DNA of 61,027 nucleotides, counting the filler, from Sluysia triapertura (Eukaryota), in NCBI GenBank assembly GCA_046118255.1. It is 5 parts of 5 records of this genome, joined end to end, with 100 filler letters (N's around TTAATTAATTAA, not from the genome) between each part and the next. Parts side by side here need not be neighbours in the genome. Positions count along the whole stretch, not along the records: positions 36,407 to 48,941 come from JBJNIA010100880.1; positions 49,042 to 61,027 come from JBJNIA010149829.1; 3 more parts are not named here. One strand, written 5' to 3'. This document shows positions 42,501 to 53,272 of the stretch, piece by piece. A program made the position numbers and the translations under genes. A model generated the notes under the pieces. The model made no database searches, had not been told where the DNA came from, and saw only the letters and a program-made list of their open reading frames with translations. How positions within the stretch are numbered: position 1 is the first letter of the stretch; the number at the start of each line of letters is the position of its first letter.

Positions 42501-44428
42501 TTGATTTAATTTGATATTAATTTTAAAATTACTAAGTTATTCTTTTTCAAATAATTTTATCTTAAGATGATTAAGATATGATATATTTTTATAAACTTAA
42601 TCTCAAAGCAAGCTAATGTCGCTTGATTACGTACATTTTTAATGTTTCTTTACAATGAATATAATTTTATAGTAATGTTATGATTTATTATTCAAAATAT
42701 AACTCCATTTTTTTATATTAATTCTTAAGACTTACAATCAATATTATCATTGTTAGCTCGAGAAGGATATTCACAGTTAGGTCGCGGTTGTCTAGTCATG
42801 TGGGTGTCAGATTCAGACAAAATAAACTCTTTTATACAATCACCAGATCCAGATTTAAAAATATTGAACCCTGCTTATGTTAGTTTAAAAACAGCACAAA
42901 TCCTTATCCAAACAGTATCACCAAAAGCACTTTCTACTGTTATTGAAGCTTGTACAAAGTAAATTCTTAATTATATTTAAATGCACAAATCATACAATTT
43001 AAAAATTCAAGTGTGAAATAAATAAAATAGTATTATGTATACAATATAATAAAATAAAATAGATATTTTAATAAAGGTATAATCCATCGAAACATGTTGT
43101 TATTACTGTGTCTGTTAGGTTGAATATACCAAACATAAGTCCTTTAATCAAGCAACATCCAGTAATGCGTTACAAACGCTTGAATGCAATAAAAAAGTGT
43201 GCTATATTACCCTTGAGTCAATTGAATTCTCAACCAAAACGTACTACTCCAATTTTAAAACCAGCTTCATTATTACTCACGAAACTTCCAAATATTAATA
43301 ATAATTGTCAATGTAAAAATGGCGCTCATTACAATTCTGAAGTAGAAGCTAAACTAGCGGTTGTAAATGCACTTAGATTACTAGAAGGGTATGGTGTAGA
43401 TTTTCGACGTGACTATCCTGAAGAGTATAAACGATTGATTGATTATGCTGATGGAAAATGTCACTTTTTACAGCCAAAGACTATTTATCCGGTTAGTAAA
43501 TAATTTGTTGGAATCAATTCAAATTTTATTTGACAATATAAATGTAATTTATGTTGATAATTTAAATAATTAATGAACAATTTAAATATTTTAATATTTT
43601 AAGCAAAAATGTTTGAATCTTTTCAGCGTTGAGTTTTATATTCTTTTATATTTTATATAAGGTTGTAAAGCAGTTTGGTTATGATATTGTTTAAATAATT
43701 GTGTTCATAGTAATTAAATAATTATTAATTTAAAAGACAAAATTAAATAGTCAGATTAATTAATAATATTAATGTAGTTAAATATTCAAGTATTTTGATT
43801 TTTACTAAAATTCTAATAATAAAAATAATAATCATAATCATAATAATGGTGATAGTTATTTAGAAATTTAGTTATTTTATTTTATTTAGTTATTTTATTT
43901 TCTATTATTTGTTAGACTTCGTAAAATGGACTGACCGGGGATCGAACCCGGGACCATCGCTGTGTAGTTCGAATGCTCTACCACTGAGCTATCAGCCCCG
44001 TCAAACAATTTCATTTTTAATATATTCAGTTACACTACTTGGCACTTTTTAGGCCTTTTACCCCAACATATTTACAATTATGTATCTAGTAATAGTAATC
44101 TTGGTGTAATTCATTTAATTAAATGTAGTGCAGTTTATAAAAATATAAATCTAAATAAATCAAAATTTTGAGTTCATTTGAGTATTTATTTGATTACCTA
44201 AGTAAAATTAATTACTTTTAATTGTAGATAAATAAAGAAACTGGTAAACAATTTATTGTGCTTATTGCACCAGAAGCATATAATACAAATGATGAATTCA
44301 GTTTACTCAAAGTCTCACCGAAAATTTCCATGAATATTGCATTTCCAACTAATAATATTGTATCACATTTTGATGCTTTAATATCATCATGGGATGAAAC
44401 ATCAAAAGCAGAAATAACTTGTGTCTAA
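36502..44428 (+). CDS. AJM1: Apical junction component 1 (AJM1)-like protein, last four exons (36502-36801, 42730-42958, 43077-43491, 44228-44428)
   Basis: MYND-like finger [25 protein letters not shown]..C, then LSLLAREGYSQLGRGC, KYNP, IKKCAIL, TIYP|INKETGKQF...PEA. All junctions are GT-AG and in phase. Stop at 44426-8, AATAAA at 44492. Confidence 0.85.
38630..39010 (+). repeat. Dispersed repeat R (inverted copies at 50190-50720 and 48380-48575), linked to Penelope-like remnants
   Basis: Shared TTTTCA.CTTC.CC.CTCTGATTC...TCAAATT.ATCTTTAATATTATTAACCATGACTTTAATTCTTGAA...TTCAAAGGTATCTTCAT.CTTCAAG. Confidence 0.85.
43927..43998 (-). pseudogene. tRNA-like sequence (tRNA pseudogene or SINE head) in an AJM1 intron
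   Basis: GGGCTGATAGCTCAGTGGTAGAGCA-TTCGAACTACACAGCGA-TGGTCCCGGGTTCGATCCCCGGTCAGTCCA. Acceptor, D and T arms and A/B boxes are intact but the anticodon arm is broken. A second copy with shared flanks is at ~1027. Confidence 0.8.
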
Positions 44429-44543
44429 CTATATTTGCTGTTGAAATTTTGTAATTATTCTTATAATGTATATAATTATTATATCAAGATAAATAAAATG
44501 TCTGTGAATATATAAGCTAACGATAATTGTATAAAAATATAAT

Positions 44544-44733
44544 NNNNNNNNNNNNNNNNNNNNNNNNNNNNNNNNNNNNNNNNNNNNNNNNNNNNNNNNN
44601 NNNNNNNNNNNNNNNNNNNNNNNNNNNNNNNNNNNNNNNNNNNNNNNNNNNNNNNNNNNNNNNNNNNNNNNNNNNNNNNNNNNNNNNNNNNNNNNNNNNN
44701 NNNNNNNNNNNNNNNNNNNNNNNNNNNNNNNNN
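44544..44733. other. Intra-scaffold assembly gap (190 N)
   Basis: N run without the linker 12-mer. Confidence 0.97.
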
Positions 44734-44986
44734 AATATTAAACAGACAATTTTAAAATATAATCAAAATAATATTCAAAAAATAAAATAATATTTTTAAA
44801 ATTAATATAATAAAAATATTATTTTACAAAGGCTTAAAAGCCCTGACGCAATTGTAATAAAAGTACATATGCGTAAAACTGTTAATAACTTTTAGGGTCA
44901 TAAAAATAATAATAAAGGAGCAGAGACGCATTGAAAACGCGAAAATTTACAAGTGAATAAAGACTAAATTTAACAACGATATTATT

Positions 44987-45432
44987 TAAATAATAACTTT
45001 ATTTTTGAGAAAAACAATAATTCTGTTTAATGCACAACACGAGATTTTAATCACTAGATCTATATTAGTTTGAGTCTTATTATTATTATCATATCTTGTT
45101 AGACTTTTACTCCTATTCCTATTAAAACTAGAACTTGGTGGCCATCTCGGTGCTGGTCTTTGTTCATAATTAGAAGCACCATAATTACTTACTCTATTTT
45201 GGAATCCTCTATTATTATTTCCTCTATAATTATTTGAGTTACCCCTGTAATTGTTTGAACTATTTCTTCTATAATTACTTGAATTTCTTCTAAAATTATC
45301 ATTACTTCTATAATTGTTATTGCCTCTGTAATTATTTGAATTATTATTGCCTCTGTGTGGGCTATTACGTCGTTCCCGACTATAATTATTATCATATTCT
45401 TCATAATTAGAAATGATTAAGAAAAATATGAT
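44987..45432 (-). other. Open frame (~145 codons, no start codon) rich in R/G/N/Y repeats
   Basis: EYDNNYSRERRNSPHRGNNNSNNYRGNNNYRSNDNFRRNSSNYRRNSSNNYRGNSNNYRGNNNRGFQNR...EQRPAPRWPPSS. The ORF track shows a different frame here. Confidence 0.55.
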
Positions 45433-46146
45433 TTAAATTGGGAATTTTAAGTATAATTCTTCTTACACGATATTTGCATAGATTTACATATTTTATATTT
45501 GCATATAAGATCTGGATGTCTGGTGTATGAATGTTTAAAGAAATAATGTTATAAATTGTGAATATTAAGCTTCACAATGTGTAAGACACTATTTAGTGAT
45601 TTTTAAAGGTGTAATACGAAGTGAGTTTACTGAATTATGTTGTAGTAACATCGTAATATTGAATAATATTGTATAATTTATATGAGTTATTGCTGATCTG
45701 CAGGATCAGTTCGTTAGGGTATCGTAAGGTATTGTGAGAATTATGATTATGAGAACTGTGAACCATTGATACTAACAGTTAATAACATAAAATATATTTA
45801 TTATTTTTATTATTTGTGAATTATTACATTTAATTATTACATTTATTATTTTATTAACTTATTAATTTTTATTATACCTAATAAATTTAATAAATTTTTA
45901 TACTTAATAAATTTAACAAATTAAATAAATCATTAAAATTTTTATATTTAGTAAATTAGATAAAATTAAAATTTTATTTTCATTTTTGTTTAAATGGATT
46001 AATTTTGAAAAATAGTAAAATTTTGTATACAAGAATTTGAAATTCTAACAAAATTTTCACAAGTCATGTACCGGAAATTAAATTCAATCGTCACGGAAAA
46101 TTTAAATTTTCATGTCTAAAGTAAGATTTTATTTCTTAAGGTGTGT

Positions 46147-46474
46147 ATTCTCACCGTAACTGGGAGAATTAAAATATTTAATTTCTTTCTAGTTAGACCG
46201 TAACTGGCTAAGTTAATATTTATCTAAAATCATCACGCGAAATCTTCTGACTTAAGTGTTAAATTGTGTATTATTATTATAATTTGCTTTCCATTGTAAT
46301 TGTACTAATATCTTGCATTCATCTTTGTAAAATTTCATAATACACCTTGAATACGTGTCTGTTTATTTATTAATAAATAAAATATCATTTTATCCACGCT
46401 AGACCGTAATAAGGCCAGCTAAATATCTTAAAATATATAAAAGAAGTTTTGTAATTAGACAGTAAAAGGGCTAA
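46147..46474 (-). other. Cluster of four hairpins with different stems and a shared loop
   Basis: Plus strand: ATTCTC-ACCGTAACTGG-GAGAAT, TTAG-ACCGTAACTGG-CTAA, GCTAG-ACCGTAATAAGG-CCAGC, TTAG-ACAGTAAAAGGG-CTAA. Confidence 0.6.
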
Positions 46475-47537
46475 CTTAAAATCTCATAAATTATAATTAT
46501 TATTAATTAAAGAATTATTACGTATTAATAACATAACAAATAAACGCTGCTACAAGACTATTTTCATAACATATGTGAGTAATCACAAAATACGTGACTT
46601 TTCTAAATTTGAATTGCACCACTTCCTGAAAGCCTAATAGACCGCCTTCGATAAGATATAAGACGTTTCTGTGAAGTGGACTCACCTCCAAAATTATATT
46701 TTGCACTTTATAAGTTTTATAAGATAAAACCATCGCAGTATGAATTTTCTTCTGTGACATATAATTATACGGTTTTTCAGTAAGTGTGAGTCTGACATGA
46801 ATTCAACGATCTGTGTGGTAATTATGCTTACTAAGTCTGCTTACATATATTTTTCTATAGTCGTAGACGTGATATCTTGCGATATTAAGCCACTGTCATT
46901 AATTTCATTTTTCAAATAATTATAGCGTTGGAAGTTTTAATTTTTAAATTATTATTATTGTTTGTTGATATTATGTATTATTATGTAAAAATAAAAAGTT
47001 TTAATATTGTAAAAATAAAAATTGTAAATTATTGTAAAGATAAAAATAAATGTATTTTATAGAATTACTATTAAATTAGATAAAAATAAATGTATTTTTA
47101 ATAAAAATTATTGAATTACATTGAAATTATTATTATAAAATAAAATTATTATTATTTATATTAAAAATAGAATTATTATTTAAAAATTATGTATTAATAT
47201 TAAAACAAATAAATATTATTATTATTTTAAATATTTAAAACTTAGCAACTAAATATTATTAATTCATTATTTGTTTGTAGATACGTAAATTCAAGTCATA
47301 AATTGGTAACATTTATATACAACATCAAATTATTTTATAACGTTTAATAACTAGATATTAATTATAGATTAATATTATTAAATATTTATTGTCATAATAT
47401 AACCGTAAGCGAACTTTAACTCCTGTATAATATTTTGTGTGTGACTTTTTATGATTTTTTACTATTAAAATTTAATGTTGTAATATATAATTCTGTTTGA
47501 CACTTTATAAGCACAATTGATTTTTAAAATTTTTAAA

Positions 47538-47620
47538 TTTGAATTAACATTTTATATCTAAAGATTGAATTAACATTTTGTATCTAAAGTTTGAATTAAT
47601 ATTCTATATCTAAAGTTTGT
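47538..47620 (+). repeat. Minisatellite, 3 x ~27 bp
   Basis: TTGAATTAA(C/T)ATT...TATCTAAAG repeated three times. Confidence 0.85.
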
Positions 47621-47892
47621 ATAATTGTTTTAAATTTTTTTTGTATTTGATTTAATATTTGGTGTTTTTAATAAATAATTATAATACTAAAGTTTGTGTT
47701 TTTGATAATCATTAACATTTTGAGTAAGATAAATTTTTGAATAAAATAATATTTGATTTAATACTTTATATTCTTTTAAATAGTGATTATACTGAGCTTA
47801 TTTTCTAAATTATAATAAATTATTCATCAAGAAAATTCAATAAGTATCTGGATCTAGGAAATAGGCAGAATCAAGAATAAATATAAACATAA

Positions 47893-47979
47893 ACCTCCAG
47901 TTCTTATCTTTCCTTTCTTAAGCTGCGAATCTATGTGCTGGCCCTTCAGTGAGTAAGTCCAGTGTCATAGAGAACTTAC
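47893..47979 (+). ncRNA. Structured dispersed motif, copy D
   Basis: ACCTCCAG...CTATG TGCTGG [CCCTTCAGTGAGTAAGT] CCAGTG T CATAG AGA ACTTAC. Confidence 0.6.
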
Positions 47980-48379
47980 GTTAAGAATAAGGCATCTAAT
48001 TTAAAGCGAATATCCATTCTTAATTATACAAAATCTCCACAATTATATTATTAATATTATCATTATCATTATCATTCTTATTATTATTAAGATTGAAAAA
48101 TGGATGAAAAATCAATACAAAGTGATGTGCAGAGCATAATAAAACACTTGGAGTGAAAATGAGAATGGAAGAATATCTTGGAATTTCAAACACTTTTATA
48201 AGTTTTTTGAGATCATTGAGGAAGCTTGAGAATGGTTTGGAAATACGTTTTGAAGCGTTAAATTACCTCTGAAATTGTGAATCTTGAGCTCATCGATGAC
48301 CTCAGCCATCTTTAAGAATGCCTGAAATTTTGATAAGCATTTCAGTCCTTTGTGTAACCTTTTAAAGTACTTGAAATCT

Positions 48380-48780
48380 TTAAAATATTTGAGAAATGTA
48401 ACTACTGTTACCAATATTTAAGATAAATTTGACACATTAACAATAATAGTAATGTATCAGATTGGCGAAGGTGAAAAAGTCTAGAACCGTTTGAGTGCCT
48501 TAGAAACCTTTAGGCATACAGCAAGACTAAGTTTAAAAATAACTTAATTAAGAAAAAAGTACATTTTTATGAATAACATTTGAATGTGGAATTCTGTCGA
48601 AGTTGCAACTGTATGTTTGTTTCTATGAAGATATGTTTGACTGAGTCTTAATAATGAACAAAGTCAGATTTTAATTAATTCTCAATTATAGAATGTTGAA
48701 TTTTTCATACTTATATGAAAAAAAGATAATGAATTGAGCATTAGATGATTTTTATAATAGAGAATAATCTAGAAATGAAT
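48380..48780 (-). mobile_element. Deleted derivative of the Penelope-like unit at 50190-52080
   Basis: 48400-48575 aligns to ~50490-50725, then jumps to align with ~51490-51700. Confidence 0.7.
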
Positions 48781-48941
48781 TGTTTCTCAATTAATTATCT
48801 TAAAAATAGTTTTTAACTAAAATTGCGAAGGGAGTTTTTTATCAACTCACCTTAAAAATAGCTTAAAAATTAACTAAAAATGACACAATATTAAAATTAT
48901 TCAAATTGAAATAACATTAATTACTTATATTATTTTAATAA

Positions 48942-49041
48942 NNNNNNNNNNNNNNNNNNNNNNNNNNNNNNNNNNNNNNNNNNNNTTAATTAATTAANNN
49001 NNNNNNNNNNNNNNNNNNNNNNNNNNNNNNNNNNNNNNNNN
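48942..49041. other. Artificial scaffold spacer
   Basis: N44-TTAATTAATTAA-N44. Confidence 0.97.
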
Positions 49042-49941
49042 TTGCCGATGCATTTTATTTCTGCGTGCATTTTTAAATTTGAAAAAAACGCTCATGAATT
49101 ATTCCTCAACCCAATATTACAGTGATTCAATAATTTTAGTTTTTGCGGTATCGGCCAATTTTTCAACTGTGATCAGTTAAAAACCTACACATTTTTTAAA
49201 AAAGAAAAGCTTCGCATTCATTTTAAAATTTGTGTATATATTTAATGTTGATAAAACAGTTCTCTGTTTTGCTAAATTTTCTTGTTGAATACTTATAAAT
49301 TTGTTTTTTGTATACACCATTTATTTACAGAAATTTACGTCTTATAATTTATGATTATTAATATAACGATTTAACTAAATTGTCCTTTTGGGATTCGAAA
49401 GACTTAGAAGTTTATAAAATTCTAACACTTCCATCCTTAAGAACTTAGACGTGTATTGAACTTACGTACTCTATGCTAGAGTTACATAGTTCATTTGAAC
49501 CAGAGTAAAAAACAAACTTAGTTATTAGATTAATAATTAAGATTTTAAAGTTTCATCATAGGAAGATAGCTTTAAAGTAAATGATAAATATAAGGTTGAC
49601 ATTTATAATAGCAGTAAACGGTTAAATAAATATAAATAAAATTAAATATAAATTTATAAATATAAAATTATAAATTTACTCCTTTATGGTTGTAAGTTAA
49701 TCTGTTTGTCTCATTGTACCTTTTTTGAGCTTTATTGTAATATTTTTCTTTAGGAATTAAAGTTTAAACATATATCTGGGTCTATATGATAAAAAGGTTA
49801 TTGTTTGCATTTAGTATCATCAAATTAATGAAATAAAGAAAATTTCACATTTTGGAATAATTTTAAAAATTGAAACTTACATTATTTTGATAGAGTTTCT
49901 ATGTTAGGAAGGCCACTATCAAAAATATAGTTACGCTTTTC

Positions 49942-49992
49942 GTAAGTTCGCCTGTGATCCAAGCTTAGGCTCGCCCAATGGCTTTAATGCAG
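49942..49992 (-). ncRNA. Structured dispersed motif, divergent copy C
   Basis: Minus strand: CTGCATTAAAG [CCATTGGGCGAGCCTAAG] CTTGGATCACAGGCGAACTTAC. Shares GATCACAGGCGAAC with copy A. Confidence 0.4.
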
Positions 49993-50757
49993 TCAATTAT
50001 TCTAAACAGTTAGGAATTCGAAGCTTTTATAAATATATTTCTGCTCACTGTGTCAATCCTAAAATTAATATAAAACTAATGTCTAGTAATAATTATGAAA
50101 ATAATAATCTTGATTATAATTGCATTGGGATTGTCCAGTTAGTGTATAGAAAATAAATTAAAAGGTAAGAAAATTTAAAATATATAAGAAAAAGTGATAC
50201 AACTTGCTGAAATATGATAATATAAACATAATTAAATATTTCTAGATCAAGAATAATGAACAGTAAAATGTTTATAATCATTTTGAAACTTTCGAGTTTC
50301 AAAGACCTTTGTAGGGTATTGAGACCCTTATGAAGACTCAAGTAAGGTCTGGAAGGATGTCTTGAAGGATGAAGATACCTTTGAACTCTGAGACCTTGTT
50401 GATCTTTTGGAATCTTTGAAGACTTTTGAGACCTTAGAGTAACTTTGTAAAATGTTTGGAACTTTTAAAATATTCAAGAATTAAAGTCATGGTTAATAAT
50501 ATTAAAGATGAATTTGATACATTAATAATTAAAATGCAAAAGTAGATAAAAGAATCAGAGCGGTGAAGGTGAAAACATCGAGAGCCTCCTATACCTTATA
50601 AAGTATTTAACAATTTTATAACTATAATAAAACCTTTAAATTTAGAATAAAGTCAGTTAAAATAATTAATTAATTAAAATCTTAATTAACTTAATTAAGA
50701 AAAATTGCGTTTGTATTGAAGAATTTTGTGTTATTTGTTGATTTTTTTATTTATATT

Positions 50758-50831
50758 GTGAGTTCATTACAATCTTAGTCTTACACACATAAGGGCTAAG
50801 TTGTAAGCAGTGAGGAATAAGAAGTGGATGT
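50758..50831 (-). ncRNA. Structured dispersed motif, copy F
   Basis: Minus strand: ACATCCAC...TTACAA CTTAG [CCCTTATGTGTGTAAGA] CTAAG A TTGTAA TGA ACTCAC. Confidence 0.6.
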
Positions 50832-51469
50832 AAAACGGCACCTTAAAATTAAACTTTCTGTAATGATTTTTAGTTTGTTACAACCTTATCCGAAAAGCGG
50901 CATATCCTATAATGATATAATATACCAAAGTAACAAATTTAATTTATATTACAAAAGCAAAATAAAACGAAATAGGATCATAAATTATAATTATAAATAT
51001 CGAATATTATTAGATTAGTTTATAATATTTTTAAAGTTTACTTTACAAAAATTTTTCTACTCTCAATTAAAAAGAGCGAATAAGATTATAATGGATTTTG
51101 AGTAAAGATTACAATCTTAATTAAAACAGAATTATCTTATAAAAATTGAACTAACGAATAATGTAAAGCAATTAAATGTGATTAAACAAAATTCTTTTGT
51201 GGAGAAACCGAAAAATCCTTGGGAACAATCCGTAAAATATGTAAAAATAGCGCAGCTTCATATAGTTACTTGAATGACCTTGAAGAACTTTAAAACAAAT
51301 TTATTAATTTTACTAAGAATTAATTTTATTTTAATTTATTAATTTTCCTTAATTTATTTTTATATTAATTTTTTATAACAATAATATTAAATAATAATAA
51401 TAATAATTATTATTATTGATTTTAACATTGAAATTTTAAAACATTTTAAATACATTGAAATACATTGTA

Positions 51470-52080
51470 CTTTGACCTTTGACATTGTGAATAACTTTTG
51501 AATGGGGAATTCTCTGTTAAAATTGTAACTGTGTATGTATATGTTTTAAAGAGATATTCCGATTAAGATAAAGTTTGACCGAGGTTATGCGAGGAAAGCT
51601 TCTATATTGAACAAAGTCGAATTTTAATTAATTTTTAGTTAAAAAATGCTGAAATTTTCATATTTAGAATGATGAAAAGATAATGAATTGAATATGAAAT
51701 GATTGTGAAATGGTTTGTTTGTGAATGACAGCCTTAAACATTTTCCATTAGAAAATTGAGTCTGAGGAATTACAAATTAATTAAACTGTAAAAACTAAAG
51801 TTAAATTCATCATTTTCAAGTATGTCAATAATAATAATAATTGTTATTTTAATGTAAGAAGTGATTCATGAAAAAATAGATTCAGTACAGTAGAAGAAAA
51901 ATAAGAGTTGATTGTTAATCGACTTTTTATGTTTTGCTTGACAGGTCGTACCATGTAAATGTCAAAATCGTTTTAGTTGGTTTAATCTTTAAAAGAGGTT
52001 TTGATGATTTGGTTAAGAGTAATTACTGACTGCGAGTTTGAGAGTGATTGGACGATACAGAGGTATAAAAGCGAATACTT
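51470..52080 (-). mobile_element. Penelope-like element, GIY-YIG endonuclease remnant
   Basis: With frameshifts: FT(C)TTCQAK, FMNHFLH, SLSFHHSKYENFSI, LFNIEAFLA, ILNRN. This is the ordered PLE endonuclease pattern (CxxC, H, H...F.IL...E...LN). Confidence 0.7.
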
Positions 52081-52380
52081 AAAATATTAACAACACAAGC
52101 GTACAGTTTTCTAAGAAATAATCATTGAAAGTAAGATCCATGGTAAATTTTTTATTATTAAACTTTTATTAAAAATAATATTTTTTTTGGGGAAATTTTT
52201 ATTAAGCTATTGTTAAATTAACGTTTCTTGATTTTTGGAAAACTTCCTGCTCAAGTGATTTTGAAGAATTTTTAAATATTTATTTTCCAACCAAGCTAGT
52301 GTTACATTGAGTTTAATTGAATTATTAAAATTCAAATTATTTAACAGCTTTTGGTTATTAGAGTTAATCGACAAGGTATA

Positions 52381-52381
52381 A

Positions 52382-52443
<62 letters not shown>
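52381..52443. repeat. (AAT)n/(TAT)n head-to-head microsatellite palindrome
   Basis: About 9 AAT units directly followed by about 10 ATT/TAT units. Confidence 0.9.
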
Positions 52444-52936
52444 GATTTCAATTTCTTTAGATACTGGTATTTTAATTTTTGTTTGTTGCGTCACCTCCGG
52501 TTCCTTTGGATAGATTATTGTGGTTTTAGTATTGTCATATATATTATTGTTAATTTTGGAATTTAGTTATTTTCATTTAGTTTTCTTTCATTATTGTTAA
52601 AGCAGAAACTTATAATAAGGACTTGTGTGGTATTATATCATTTGGTTTGATGTTTCATATAATAATTTGTATATTGAAACTTTTTATTAGTAAAATTAAT
52701 TTACTTTCGTTAAAAAATGTTATCGGAAAATGAAAATTACTATTGCAATTATGTTTTATTAAAGACTTAATTACGAAATTTAATTTAAATTTCTTAAAAT
52801 CTAAAAAAAACTTGAAAATAACAACTAAAACCATCTATTTTGATTATCCATTTGATTTTCCATATGCTTTTCTAAAAAAATATAAGTATAAAAATTTATT
52901 TAAATCAAAATAAATTGAAACAAAATGTAAAATCAC

Positions 52937-53272
52937 CTCTGTCTCATCTTGCATGACTGGATCAGATGGCACGTTAATAGAGTTATCATTGGTAATATTA
53001 GCAGCACTAATAGATAAGTTCTCTGCCAGGTACGATTCCCAAGTTGATAAAAGAGATTTGATTCTATCATAGTGGTCGTTGAAATTTGCTGGATAACCAA
53101 GAACATCTTTGAATTCATAAAATCTGTGGCAATATCTACAATTCTTCACATATCTGGAACATTCGCCATTTTGGGTTGTTTTATATAAACAAAGACCCAT
53201 ATTGTAATTTTTATCTTCATTAATATCATTCTGCAGATTTATATGTAAAGGTTTGTTACTGTTCAACTTTTT
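52937..53272 (-). CDS. Exon-like segment with a CCCH-type zinc finger; gene unidentified
   Basis: AG acceptor at 53274-3, GT donor at 52936-5, 112 open codons, CLYKTTQNGECSRYVKNCRYCH (C-x9-C-x6-C-x3-H). Confidence 0.45.

Noticed and set aside
43927-43998. Functional tRNA gene
   Set aside because: The anticodon stem does not form a 5-bp/7-nt arm and the second copy has a different anticodon region.
44527-44790. 87-aa ORF in the track
   Set aside because: It spans the N gap and is an artefact.
52213-52566. ORFs with poly-N/poly-Y or poly-I tracts
   Set aside because: These tracts come from the AAT/TAT microsatellite palindrome.
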